Shown here piece after piece: positions 1 to 7,822 of a DNA stretch of 36,553 nucleotides. The notes under the pieces were generated by a model. That model worked only from the letters and a program-made list of their open reading frames with translations. It was not told the origin of the DNA and did no database searches. Source of the DNA: Acetofilamentum sp. GTDB taxonomy: Bacteria > Bacteroidota > Bacteroidia > Bacteroidales > JAADGE01. How positions within the stretch are numbered: the stretch's first letter is position 1; every line of letters begins with the position of its first letter. A program made the translations under genes and the position numbers. Location: positions 1-36,553 of the forward strand of contig DYOJ01000003.1 in NCBI GenBank assembly GCA_020720705.1, given 5' to 3'.

Positions 1-130
1 AAATTCTGTTGAAAATCATTGTAAATTAAACGATTAAACAAATAAACGGATAAACTGAACTTTATCTGAAATTATTCAATAACCGGTTATACTGCCTGTA
101 AACTCACAACCGTAAGCCGTAAACAGTTTA

Positions 131-1360
131 CTAATGTTTTGGGCGAAATCTGTCAATATCGTCGTCTTTTTTGTATCTGTTTGAGTCACTGTCGTCTTTA
201 CGCTTAAAACGATTGTCTTCGTCTGTTTCGCGTCTTTCGCGGCGGTGGTCTATCCATTTTTTATCATCGGTTTTCGGCTCTTCATTTGGAGGCACTACGG
301 GCGGTTTTTCTGCCGGCTTCTCTTCTGCTTTCGGAGGTTCGTAACGGACAGGCTCATCTGTTTTCGTCTCGACAATTTTGTCTTCTTCCGGTTTTTCAGG
401 TATATTCTTAACAGGCTCATCGCTTGACCATGAGGGGGTTACTCCTCCAAGTTCGGGATAATAATCTTCGACCCTTGTTTTATTTTTAGGTTGAGTAACA
501 ATCTCAGGCTCGGTTTGTTTGGTTTCGGTTTGGAAAATCGCATCAATTTTGTTGGATAAATTAATGCCTTGACTTTGAGAGGTGTAACTGAAATACATAA
601 ACCCGACAAGGATTTGTTGCAAAGCAGCTAACAAAAAATACACTCCAAACGATAAAGCTGTTGTTAATACCAAAGCAATTGCACTAAACGATTCCCCGCT
701 TGCCGTTGCACCAAGCACTAAGGTAAACGGCAACATCACAATATTTGAAGCAAAACCGACAAGCATCCCAAAAACCAATAACATGGCAAAGGTTTTCCAC
801 CAATTGTCTTTTGTTACGGCAAAGCTACGCGATATTGCGGCACCGGCACCTAAATTTTCGTGCACGGCAGCAATAAATACAAAACTTAAATAGATTGCGA
901 GTGCAATACCCGGTATTATCAAAAACATAAACCCTGCCATGACCATCAGAGCTACTAAAATGCCTAAGCCGATGTATGTTCCGATATACTGTTTTGCTTT
1001 TATCCAAACATCTTTTTGCGTAAAATTATCCTTGCCCAAGTTTGCGTACAGGCTTAAATAAGCGTTAGTAAGCAGGGCTAAAACAAAAACACTGATGTAA
1101 TAAAAAAACATGAACACCAAATATCCTGCTCCTAAACTACCAAATATATCATCGGAATATCCGCCGTAGGAAGAACCGGACTCGGTAAAGACCATCATAC
1201 CAAGCAATCCGATTCCGAAAAACGGTCCCGCATAACGAAGCATAGTCTTCATGAATAACTTAAACTCTTGTCGAAGAAAATTGAACGGAGAACCGAATAT
1301 CTCGCCAAAATCGCGCCTTTGCCGAATAACAATCGGTTCTGAATTTGAATATGTTGCCAT
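131..1360 (-). CDS. Polytopic membrane protein with a long charged, Pro/Glu/Lys-rich C-terminal tail (uncharacterised)
   Basis: 409-aa ORF. The N-terminal ~270 aa carry several hydrophobic helices. The last ~130 aa are low-complexity (EKPEEDK..., PPKAEEKPAEKPP, then three xRF/YK(K/R) repeats). I recognise no catalytic motif. Confidence 0.7.
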   Translation of the reverse strand: MATYSNSEPIVIRQRRDFGEIFGSPFNFLRQEFKLFMKTMLRYAGPFFGIGLLGMMVFTESGSSYGGYSDDIFGSLGAGYLVFMFFYYISVFVLALLTNAYLSLYANLGKDNFTQKDVWIKAKQYIGTYIGLGILVALMVMAGFMFLIIPGIALAIYLSFVFIAAVHENLGAGAAISRSFAVTKDNWWKTFAMLLVFGMLVGFASNIVMLPFTLVLGATASGESFSAIALVLTTALSFGVYFLLAALQQILVGFMYFSYTSQSQGINLSNKIDAIFQTETKQTEPEIVTQPKNKTRVEDYYPELGGVTPSWSSDEPVKNIPEKPEEDKIVETKTDEPVRYEPPKAEEKPAEKPPVVPPNEEPKTDDKKWIDHRRERRETDEDNRFKRKDDSDSNRYKKDDDIDRFRPKH

Positions 1361-1506
1361 TTGATATTTGTTTAATGATTCTTTATTTTAATTTGCAATC
1401 AAATATTAGTAGTTTTTATGGTTTACTGTTAAGGTTTTGAATTATCTTAAATGACTGATTTTAAATGATTTATGTTAGTTCGTAATCTCAATTTATTACT
1501 AATTCG

Positions 1507-1630
1507 ACTTTACGAAGTTTAAGATTTCGGCAAAGTTTGTGCTTAGAATAGTTTAGCGTGGACGCTAAACGCAAATAGAAAATGCAATAAGCGTCCACGC
1601 TTTTCTTTTGCCGGCATAACTTCGTAAAGT
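1507..1630. repeat. Nested inverted-repeat element (about 124 bp) in the 301-bp spacer between two minus-strand membrane-protein genes
   Basis: Outer arms ACTTTACGAAGTT (1507-1519) and AACTTCGTAAAGT (1618-1630) are a perfect 13-bp inverted repeat. Middle arms are CGGCAAA (1528-1534) and TTTGCCG (1607-1613). Inner arms are AGCGTGGACGCT (1555-1566) and AGCGTCCACGCT (1590-1601), perfect 12 bp, followed on the plus strand by TTTTCTTTT. Confidence 0.75.
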
Positions 1631-1661
1631 AGAACTAAAGAAATGAATATCGTTAAAAAAA

Positions 1662-2660
1662 TCATTTTAGTATTTTTGAAAAGTATGTTCTGAAATCTTC
1701 ATCTGTTTTCAAGCGTTTGTTTAATTTGGACGGATACCAAAAGAAATAAAATACGATGAGTGCCAAAGATAAGACAATTATTCCGATTCGCCAAACATCA
1801 TGCCACTCAGTATGTCGGGTAACAAAACTTTCGAGAAAAGCAGCCAATATTATAAAAGGAGTTAAGCCGAGCAATATTTTTGCCCCTCGTAAAGCCGCAC
1901 GCCGGAATGAAACCCCGCGCGAGTAGGTGCCGGGAAAAAGCCAACCGTTTCCCATGATTATGCCTGCAGCACCAGCTACCACAATTGCAAAAATTTCAAT
2001 TGTTCCGTGTATCCAAATGCTTAATATAGATTCATATAACACATTGTACTTAAAGAAAAAATACTGAAAACTACCCAGCATTATGCCGTTGTACATCAGC
2101 AACAAACCTGTACCGAAGCTCGTAAACAAGCTAAAGAAATACACATAAGCCGCCACCCGCAGGTTATTTTGAGCAATTGCCAAAAACATTTGTATCGAAT
2201 CATCGTGTTTGTAAACGGACATCGGGTCTCCGCTCTCAATATTCTCAATGGTCATGTCCACATAACCGTCTCCGAGTATCAAGCGCACAAAAGTTTCATC
2301 ATTTGCGGCAGACAAAGCTCCGATAAGTACGAACGAAAAAAATATCACTGCCGAAATAGCCATTTCACGCCACGATTTGACAAATTCAAGAGGAAGCTCA
2401 AATTTAAAAAACATTAATAATCGCCCGCGTCTCTCCTTCTTTGTTTTGTAGATACGTTGATGTGTTTTCAGGGCAAGCCCGTTGAGGTAATTTTCGGTTT
2501 CGGTACCGGGATAGTACGTGCGCGAATAGGACAAATCATCAGTCAATTGGATAAACATATCGGCAAGAGCATCGGGGTCTGCCATGCCCGGACGCTCCAA
2601 TTCTGCCTCAAATGTTTTCCATCTGGGCGCGTTCTTATTTATGAAAACAATTTCTCTCAC
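1662..2660 (-). CDS. SpoIIM-like (DUF95 family) integral membrane protein
   Basis: 332-aa ORF with an apparent GTG start. A soluble N-terminal ~90 aa is followed by about 5-6 TM helices. Layout and sequence resemble Bacteroidota proteins annotated as stage II sporulation protein M, and it sits divergent to an RDD-family gene. Family assignment is from memory. Confidence 0.6.
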   Translation of the reverse strand: MREIVFINKNAPRWKTFEAELERPGMADPDALADMFIQLTDDLSYSRTYYPGTETENYLNGLALKTHQRIYKTKKERRGRLLMFFKFELPLEFVKSWREMAISAVIFFSFVLIGALSAANDETFVRLILGDGYVDMTIENIESGDPMSVYKHDDSIQMFLAIAQNNLRVAAYVYFFSLFTSFGTGLLLMYNGIMLGSFQYFFFKYNVLYESILSIWIHGTIEIFAIVVAGAAGIIMGNGWLFPGTYSRGVSFRRAALRGAKILLGLTPFIILAAFLESFVTRHTEWHDVWRIGIIVLSLALIVFYFFWYPSKLNKRLKTDEDFRTYFSKILK

Positions 2661-2721
2661 GGCTAAAATGTGTATTCAAACAATTTCACAATAATAATCA
2701 TAAAACGTGAAATTAAAAACA

Positions 2722-2754
2722 GTTGTCCGAATTACGAAATATTTTTTATTTTTG
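2722..2754 (+). promoter_or_regulatory. Bacteroidota-type promoter for the RDD gene (-33 GTTG, -7 TATTTTTG)
   Basis: TATTTTTG at 2747-2754 matches the TAnnTTTG -7 consensus. GTTG at 2722-2725 lies 21 nt upstream. The ATG at 2776 is 22 nt downstream of the box. Confidence 0.6.
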
Positions 2755-2775
2755 TTCGTAATTTTTTTTACAATA

Positions 2776-3513
2776 ATGGAACGAATCGGAATTGAAACAG
2801 CCCAAAATGTAAGTATAAACTATCGCGTAGCCTCTGTGGGAGACCGCATTGGGGCATCCATGTTAGACAATCTTATTTTGGCAGCATACTGGATAATTGC
2901 GTCATGGGTAATCAGCGAAACCATGCCTCCTTATGACTCGGACAGTGATACGATATGGTTTTTAGCTATGTTACCGCATGCTTTATATCATTTACTTTCA
3001 GAGATTTTTCTGGGCGGACAAAGTCTCGGAAAAAAAGCCGTGAAAATTAAAGTTACACGCATTGACGGAGCACAGGCTTCGATTGGCAACTATTTGATAC
3101 GCTGGTTGTTTCGCATTGTTGATATTGTTTTGTTCCTCGGCTTGGTTGCTATGGTTGTGATAGCTGTAAACGGAAAAGGGCAACGACTCGGAGATATTGT
3201 TGCCAAAACGACCGTAATCAGTTTACGCAGAAAGCAAGATATTCAAACTACTATTTATCAAGAAGTTCCGGAAAATTATGCCATGGTTTATTCGGATGTT
3301 CATTTATTGGCTGAAAACGATATTCGAACTATCAAAGAAGTGCTGGCAAATTACAAACAAAATCCGATTTCGGCATTGGCTTCCGACTACGTATTCCGAA
3401 CGGCAGATGCGGTTGAGAAAAAAATCGGAGCACAGCGCAAACAAAGCCCCGCCGAATTTTTGAACACCATTTTGAAAGACTACAATTATTATTTTAAATA
3501 CGAGGTGAATTAA
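2776..3513 (+). CDS. RDD family membrane protein with a C-terminal soluble domain
   Basis: The ORF-track frame is 2707..3513. The ATG at 2776 (MERIGIETAQNVSINYRVASVGDRIGASMLDNLI...) lies just downstream of a -7 box, and the GTG at 2707 would lie upstream of that promoter. The N-terminal R/D-flanked TM pattern is typical of RDD proteins. Confidence 0.7.
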   Translation: MERIGIETAQNVSINYRVASVGDRIGASMLDNLILAAYWIIASWVISETMPPYDSDSDTIWFLAMLPHALYHLLSEIFLGGQSLGKKAVKIKVTRIDGAQASIGNYLIRWLFRIVDIVLFLGLVAMVVIAVNGKGQRLGDIVAKTTVISLRRKQDIQTTIYQEVPENYAMVYSDVHLLAENDIRTIKEVLANYKQNPISALASDYVFRTADAVEKKIGAQRKQSPAEFLNTILKDYNYYFKYEVN

Positions 3514-3623
3514 GCCTTTTGGACTGTTTATAGTTTATAGTTGAATGTTTTATCCTGAATATAAAATGGTTAGAATAGTTCGTAATCGCGATTTATTCGC
3601 TGTATTAAAACTCATAACTTATT

Positions 3624-3738
3624 GAAATTCAATACGATATTGCGAAATTTCGTTCTGATTGTTTTTAGAAATTCTGTTGAAATTCAATCGAAATTATAAA
3701 AAACAACAAAATGACTATTGAATGACTATTGAATGACA
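3624..3738. repeat. Phased 11-bp repeat arrays in a convergent intergenic region
   Basis: GAAATTC/GAAATTA occurs at 3624, 3668, 3679 and 3690 (all in 11-bp register) and GAAATTT at 3644. The tandem unit ATGACTATTGA starts at 3711 and 3722, with a partial copy at 3733. A hairpin ATTGAATG(3728-3735)/CATTCAAT(3742-3749) follows. Confidence 0.7.
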
Positions 3739-3827
3739 ACACATTCAATTGAGAAAACAGCTATAATCTACACGAAATCAGGCACTTAAACGTTTTCTTA
3801 TAAACACCGCTTATTGTCTGCGAAAGT

Positions 3828-4244
3828 TTACAAATAACTTTGTATCGCTAAACGATAAGAATTTAACCCGAAACCGGAAATTGAACCTTTACATTTTGCT
3901 GCAATATACGAATGATGCCGATACGGTTCGCGTGCGAAAATCTGCGAAATGTGGACTTCAACTACCGGAATACTGATACCCGAAATTGCATCGGCAAGCG
4001 CAAGCGAGGTATGTGTGTATGCGCCTGCGTTGAGAATTACGCCTTGAAACAAGCCGTCCGATTCGTGCAATTTATCAATTAATGCACCTTCATGATTTGA
4101 TTGAAAATATTGCAGTTCAACTATATCCGTAAACTGAAATTTTAACTCTTCAAAAAACACTTCAAAAGTTTTTGTGCCATAGACATCCGGCTCGCGTTTG
4201 CCGAGCAGGTTTAAATTTGGTCCGTTAATGATTAACAATTTCAT
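3828..4244 (-). CDS. aroQ: Type II 3-dehydroquinate dehydratase
   Basis: 138-aa ORF. MKLLIINGPNLNLLGKREPDVYG...NHEGALID...NAGAYTHTS motifs are the canonical AroQ signature. Confidence 0.93.
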   Translation of the reverse strand: MKLLIINGPNLNLLGKREPDVYGTKTFEVFFEELKFQFTDIVELQYFQSNHEGALIDKLHESDGLFQGVILNAGAYTHTSLALADAISGISIPVVEVHISQIFAREPYRHHSYIAAKCKGSISGFGLNSYRLAIQSYL

Positions 4245-4430
4245 ATCACAAAAAAATTATGTTTGAAAGGTACATTACAATACTTTGTTAGATTTTAGAA
4301 TTTTGAATTTTGACGATAAAAGTAAATTGCTGAATTACAACAAAATACAACGAGGTTCATTTTATCTAATCGTCAATTATTCAATATTTTACGAAAACTT
4401 GAAGAAAAACGTCAAAATCCAACACTCAAT

Positions 4431-7400
4431 TCATTGATTTTCAATGTATTGAAACTCAGACTCATCAAGGTTATACAGCTTGTAAACGTTCCGGTTAATT
4501 TCATTGTCAATAAAACTGATTTGCGAAGAATAGTTTTGAACTTTGGATTTTTCGGCAGTAAAAAACGCCTTCCATTCATTAAGCTCATTCATTCCTAATT
4601 TGATTTTTGCTTTTTTTAATTCGTCAGTAAATTCGTTCCAAGTACTTTCATTCCAATCTTCAAGTTTATTTGATATTTTCTCAACTTTTAATTCACTTAT
4701 TACCAGCTCTATAAAGTTGTTTTTTAATTTATGTACTTGTTTCTGATACTCCAACATTTTATCAACAAGTTCAACAAACACAAGTTGTTCGGGAATCGGG
4801 ATTTTAGGAATCGGAAATAACTTGCAATTCTCAATCAGGATTTTTTGAAAAACTTCTTTTTCTAAATCGGTAAAACGATATTTATGAATAAAATTGATTA
4901 ATTTTGAATTAAGTATTGAAAGCAAGTATTTAACATTATAATCTTCATTTTTAGGAATAATTGAAAATCCAATCTGAGTAAAATATAAATGTTTATCGGT
5001 AAAAGAAGCAAATATTGCAGGCGGATTTCCTGAAATTATTTGTCGGACAATTATTCTCGGTTCTGTAAAAAAACGTTCTTGACGCGCTGCTCCTAAATTA
5101 TTTCCGTATTTTATAAAACCGGAATTTTCTTCGGAAATAAAATAGCGACAAATATTTTCGCCTTTAATCAGAGGTTTGTATGTTTCGTCTTTTTGAGTAA
5201 TCGAATGGAATTCTCGGTTTTTAATTAAATCTTCCGAATGTCCTTTATATTTATCATACGGAGTAATTCCCAATGAAAAATCGCAAATACTTCCTAAAAG
5301 TTCGCTGTTTTCATAGCATTTTTTAATTATTTCTTGTATTCGATTATTCGTATAGATATTGAAAATTAGTGTTTTACCATTCCAATTTTTTTTATCTATG
5401 ATTTGATATTTAATATCTTTCAGGTCTACACCTTGTTGCTTATGAGGGAAAATATAAGCTTTAGCGAATGTTACTTCTGTATTTTTTAAATACGAAAATA
5501 TTATTGTTTCAACATTAGCATTCGGAAAAACGTTGTCCGGCATTTTAACAATTTTATCAATGCCTTTAAATAAAAGTGTTCTTATTTTTAAATAAGATGA
5601 GTTCACGAGCATTGAATTAGGATTTATAAATGATAAAATTCCGTTAGGATTTAAAAGTGAAACCGCTTTTTCAATAAATATTGAATAAAGATTTATTCTG
5701 TTTTCAGTAGTTTGATAATTTTCAAAAAAATAGTTCACGTCTTCATTTGGTAATTGTTTAATATCAACATACGGCGGATTGCCAATAATTATATCAAATC
5801 CTCCGTGTTCAATAATTTCGGAAAATTCTGTTTTCCAATCAAATGCCTTTCCCGACACTGATTTATCAGCAATCAATGAATTTCCGCATTTTATATTTGT
5901 ATCCAATAAAGCAAGCGCATCGTCTTTACTTGCAGATTTAAGCCACAATCCGAGTTTGGTTATTTCTACGCTTTCATGGTTTAAATCAACTCCAAACAGA
6001 TTATTGTTTACAATTTCTTTTTTTATTTGCGATATTTTTCCGGCATTTTCATTTGGTGCATTTGCAAACAACCCGATTTTATTCGCAATTCGTGATTCGT
6101 AATTCGTAATTCGTAATTTTTCTTGTGCATCCAAAACGATCAACCATTCATGCAGTAAAAAATCAAAAGCTTGGGTCAGAAAAGCTCCACTTCCGCAGGC
6201 AGGGTCGAGTATTTTAATACGTCTTAAAACAATTTTATATTTTTCCCACAATTCCGAATGTCTGTTCCGCTCCTCCGGATTGGTTGGGTATTCAGTTAAT
6301 TGTGTAATTCCGATGTTTTCTTTTTGCTTTTGAAGCCACTGTCCAACGGTATTTGAAACAATATATTCAGTAATGCGTTCGGGTGTGTAGTAAATTCCTT
6401 GTTTTTTTCGTTTGTTCGTTTCTAATATTTGCGATTTATAAATGATTTCGTAATCGCTTTCAGAATAGTCAAACTTTTTATTTTCGGAAATATCTTTTTT
6501 TATATTTTCAATATCGGTAATTGATTGTTCAAAAATATGACCTAAAATATTTACATTCAAATCACTCTCAAAATCGTAATTACCTAATGTCAGCAATTGT
6601 TTGAGAAAAATATCTTTAATTTTTAGATTTTCAATGACTTCGTCTTTCCGAAACAAACCGCCGTTAAATTTTTGAATTCTTGGCGGCAAACCTTCGTCAA
6701 TAGCTTTAAAAAGACTTTTTAATTGTCGCCATAGTTCTTCTTTATCACCTGCAAAGCTTTCTTCGGCAATGTTTTCGATTTTTCTTAATACATTCGTTTG
6801 GATTAAGTCATAATCTTTGATTACGCTTACAAAAATTACACGGTCAATGATTGTTTGCGCGTATTGCAATAAGTCTAAGGGTTTTTTATCGGGATTGTGA
6901 AGTTTTAAATGTTGCAAAAAAACCTCTCTCAAATACTGATATTTTTCGTAAAATTCTTTGGTAATTGTTTTTTCCTTTTCTTGTCGGTTGGCAAGAAAAT
7001 TATCAATTGTTGAAGCGATATTTGAATAAAAGAGCTGACCGTCAGCCAACAAAAAATAAAATTTTGAAAATTCGTAATTGTCTGTAAGCGAAAGAATATC
7101 AAAACTTTCGTATTTTGTCATATCGTTGCTCAGATACAACCGAATTTCTAAAAAATTACTGACAACAACCCATTTGCATTTTTCTCCGGATTTTGCAGCA
7201 TACATAAAACATTGCTCAACCGGACTACCTTTGAAATCTGTTCGGTTTTGCGGTTTATCAAGTGTTGTTCGGGCGTCTTTAATTTCTATAACAACACGAA
7301 CATCTTTATTAAGTTCTTGTTTCTCAATAATTTTAAAAAAACCTAATGCTGCGTCTGCCTTGCTGTTGTCTAACGAAGATTTATTTTCTAAACGTAGATT

Positions 7401-7634
7401 CCAATCAGTTGCATTTTGATATTCGTATCCTAAAACATCACCGAAGACTTGAGTTATGAACAACGGTTTTAGTTCTTCTTCTTTTGCAGATGCAACTTTA
7501 CCGCTAATGATATTTTCTTGCCAATTCTCAATTATTTTTAACTTTTCGGCTCTATTCGGAATCCCGTTAACAAACGCATTTTTTACTTTGATTTTTAAAT
7601 CTTTAATTGAGAATATTGTTTGATGTTCTTTCAT
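4431..7634 (-). CDS. Type IIG (Eco57I/MmeI-like) fused restriction endonuclease / N6-adenine DNA methyltransferase
   Basis: 1067-aa ORF. N-terminal PD-(D/E)xK-like motif D94...E117-I-K119 (ADAALG...VVIEIKD). Methyltransferase motifs GIYYTP, ILDPACGSGAFL (motif I) and IIIGNPPYV (motif IV, nt ~5769-5783). TaqI_C-like recognition region and a coiled-coil C-terminus. Confidence 0.85.
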   Translation of the reverse strand: MKEHQTIFSIKDLKIKVKNAFVNGIPNRAEKLKIIENWQENIISGKVASAKEEELKPLFITQVFGDVLGYEYQNATDWNLRLENKSSLDNSKADAALGFFKIIEKQELNKDVRVVIEIKDARTTLDKPQNRTDFKGSPVEQCFMYAAKSGEKCKWVVVSNFLEIRLYLSNDMTKYESFDILSLTDNYEFSKFYFLLADGQLFYSNIASTIDNFLANRQEKEKTITKEFYEKYQYLREVFLQHLKLHNPDKKPLDLLQYAQTIIDRVIFVSVIKDYDLIQTNVLRKIENIAEESFAGDKEELWRQLKSLFKAIDEGLPPRIQKFNGGLFRKDEVIENLKIKDIFLKQLLTLGNYDFESDLNVNILGHIFEQSITDIENIKKDISENKKFDYSESDYEIIYKSQILETNKRKKQGIYYTPERITEYIVSNTVGQWLQKQKENIGITQLTEYPTNPEERNRHSELWEKYKIVLRRIKILDPACGSGAFLTQAFDFLLHEWLIVLDAQEKLRITNYESRIANKIGLFANAPNENAGKISQIKKEIVNNNLFGVDLNHESVEITKLGLWLKSASKDDALALLDTNIKCGNSLIADKSVSGKAFDWKTEFSEIIEHGGFDIIIGNPPYVDIKQLPNEDVNYFFENYQTTENRINLYSIFIEKAVSLLNPNGILSFINPNSMLVNSSYLKIRTLLFKGIDKIVKMPDNVFPNANVETIIFSYLKNTEVTFAKAYIFPHKQQGVDLKDIKYQIIDKKNWNGKTLIFNIYTNNRIQEIIKKCYENSELLGSICDFSLGITPYDKYKGHSEDLIKNREFHSITQKDETYKPLIKGENICRYFISEENSGFIKYGNNLGAARQERFFTEPRIIVRQIISGNPPAIFASFTDKHLYFTQIGFSIIPKNEDYNVKYLLSILNSKLINFIHKYRFTDLEKEVFQKILIENCKLFPIPKIPIPEQLVFVELVDKMLEYQKQVHKLKNNFIELVISELKVEKISNKLEDWNESTWNEFTDELKKAKIKLGMNELNEWKAFFTAEKSKVQNYSSQISFIDNEINRNVYKLYNLDESEFQYIENQ
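6081..6115. repeat. Heptanucleotide tandem repeat (ATTCGTA)n inside the R-M ORF
   Basis: Five consecutive 7-nt units read ATTCGCA ATTCGTG ATTCGTA ATTCGTA ATTCGTA, three perfect and two with one mismatch. On the coding strand they encode LRITNYESRIANK. Confidence 0.9.
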
Positions 7635-7822
7635 TTGTCATTTATTTTCTCAACTGTAAATATAGTCAATACTCTGAAAATCTTTACTATGGACATTTTC
7701 ACTGCTTGTTACGATCTTCGGAAATAAACAGAGATTGCGAAGTTAAATAAATCATTCAAAATCATAAACTTAAATAAAATAAAAACTCAACAATTAACCG
7801 TGAAGTGTATATCACAATATTT

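Noticed and set aside
79-131. The perfect 12-bp palindrome ATAACCGGTTAT (79-90) and GTAAAC-A-GTTTAC (119-131) downstream of, or overlapping, the first gene's stop codon.
   Set aside because: They are short and isolated, with no T-run and no second copy in the window. They cannot be told apart from chance palindromes.
2707-2775. A GTG-initiated 23-codon N-terminal extension of the RDD ORF as given in the ORF track.
   Set aside because: The extension would begin upstream of the TATTTTTG -7 box at 2747-2754. The ATG at 2776 sits at the typical short-leader distance and gives an N-terminus that starts directly with the soluble RDD segment.
4291-4313. A GAATTTT x3 tandem repeat upstream of aroQ.
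   Set aside because: It is a short, imperfect T-tract low-complexity run in a very AT-rich spacer. It could contribute to bending or promoter context, but evidence for a discrete element is insufficient.
4245-4430. Possible target-site duplications or shared flanks around the R-M gene (4245-4430 versus 7635-7822), and 9-11-mers shared with bases 61-86.
   Set aside because: Only short AT-rich k-mers match (for example ATTATTCAATA, CAATACT). Matches of 11 nt or less are expected by chance many times in a 36-kb AT-rich window. No direct repeats, integrase or transposase are present.
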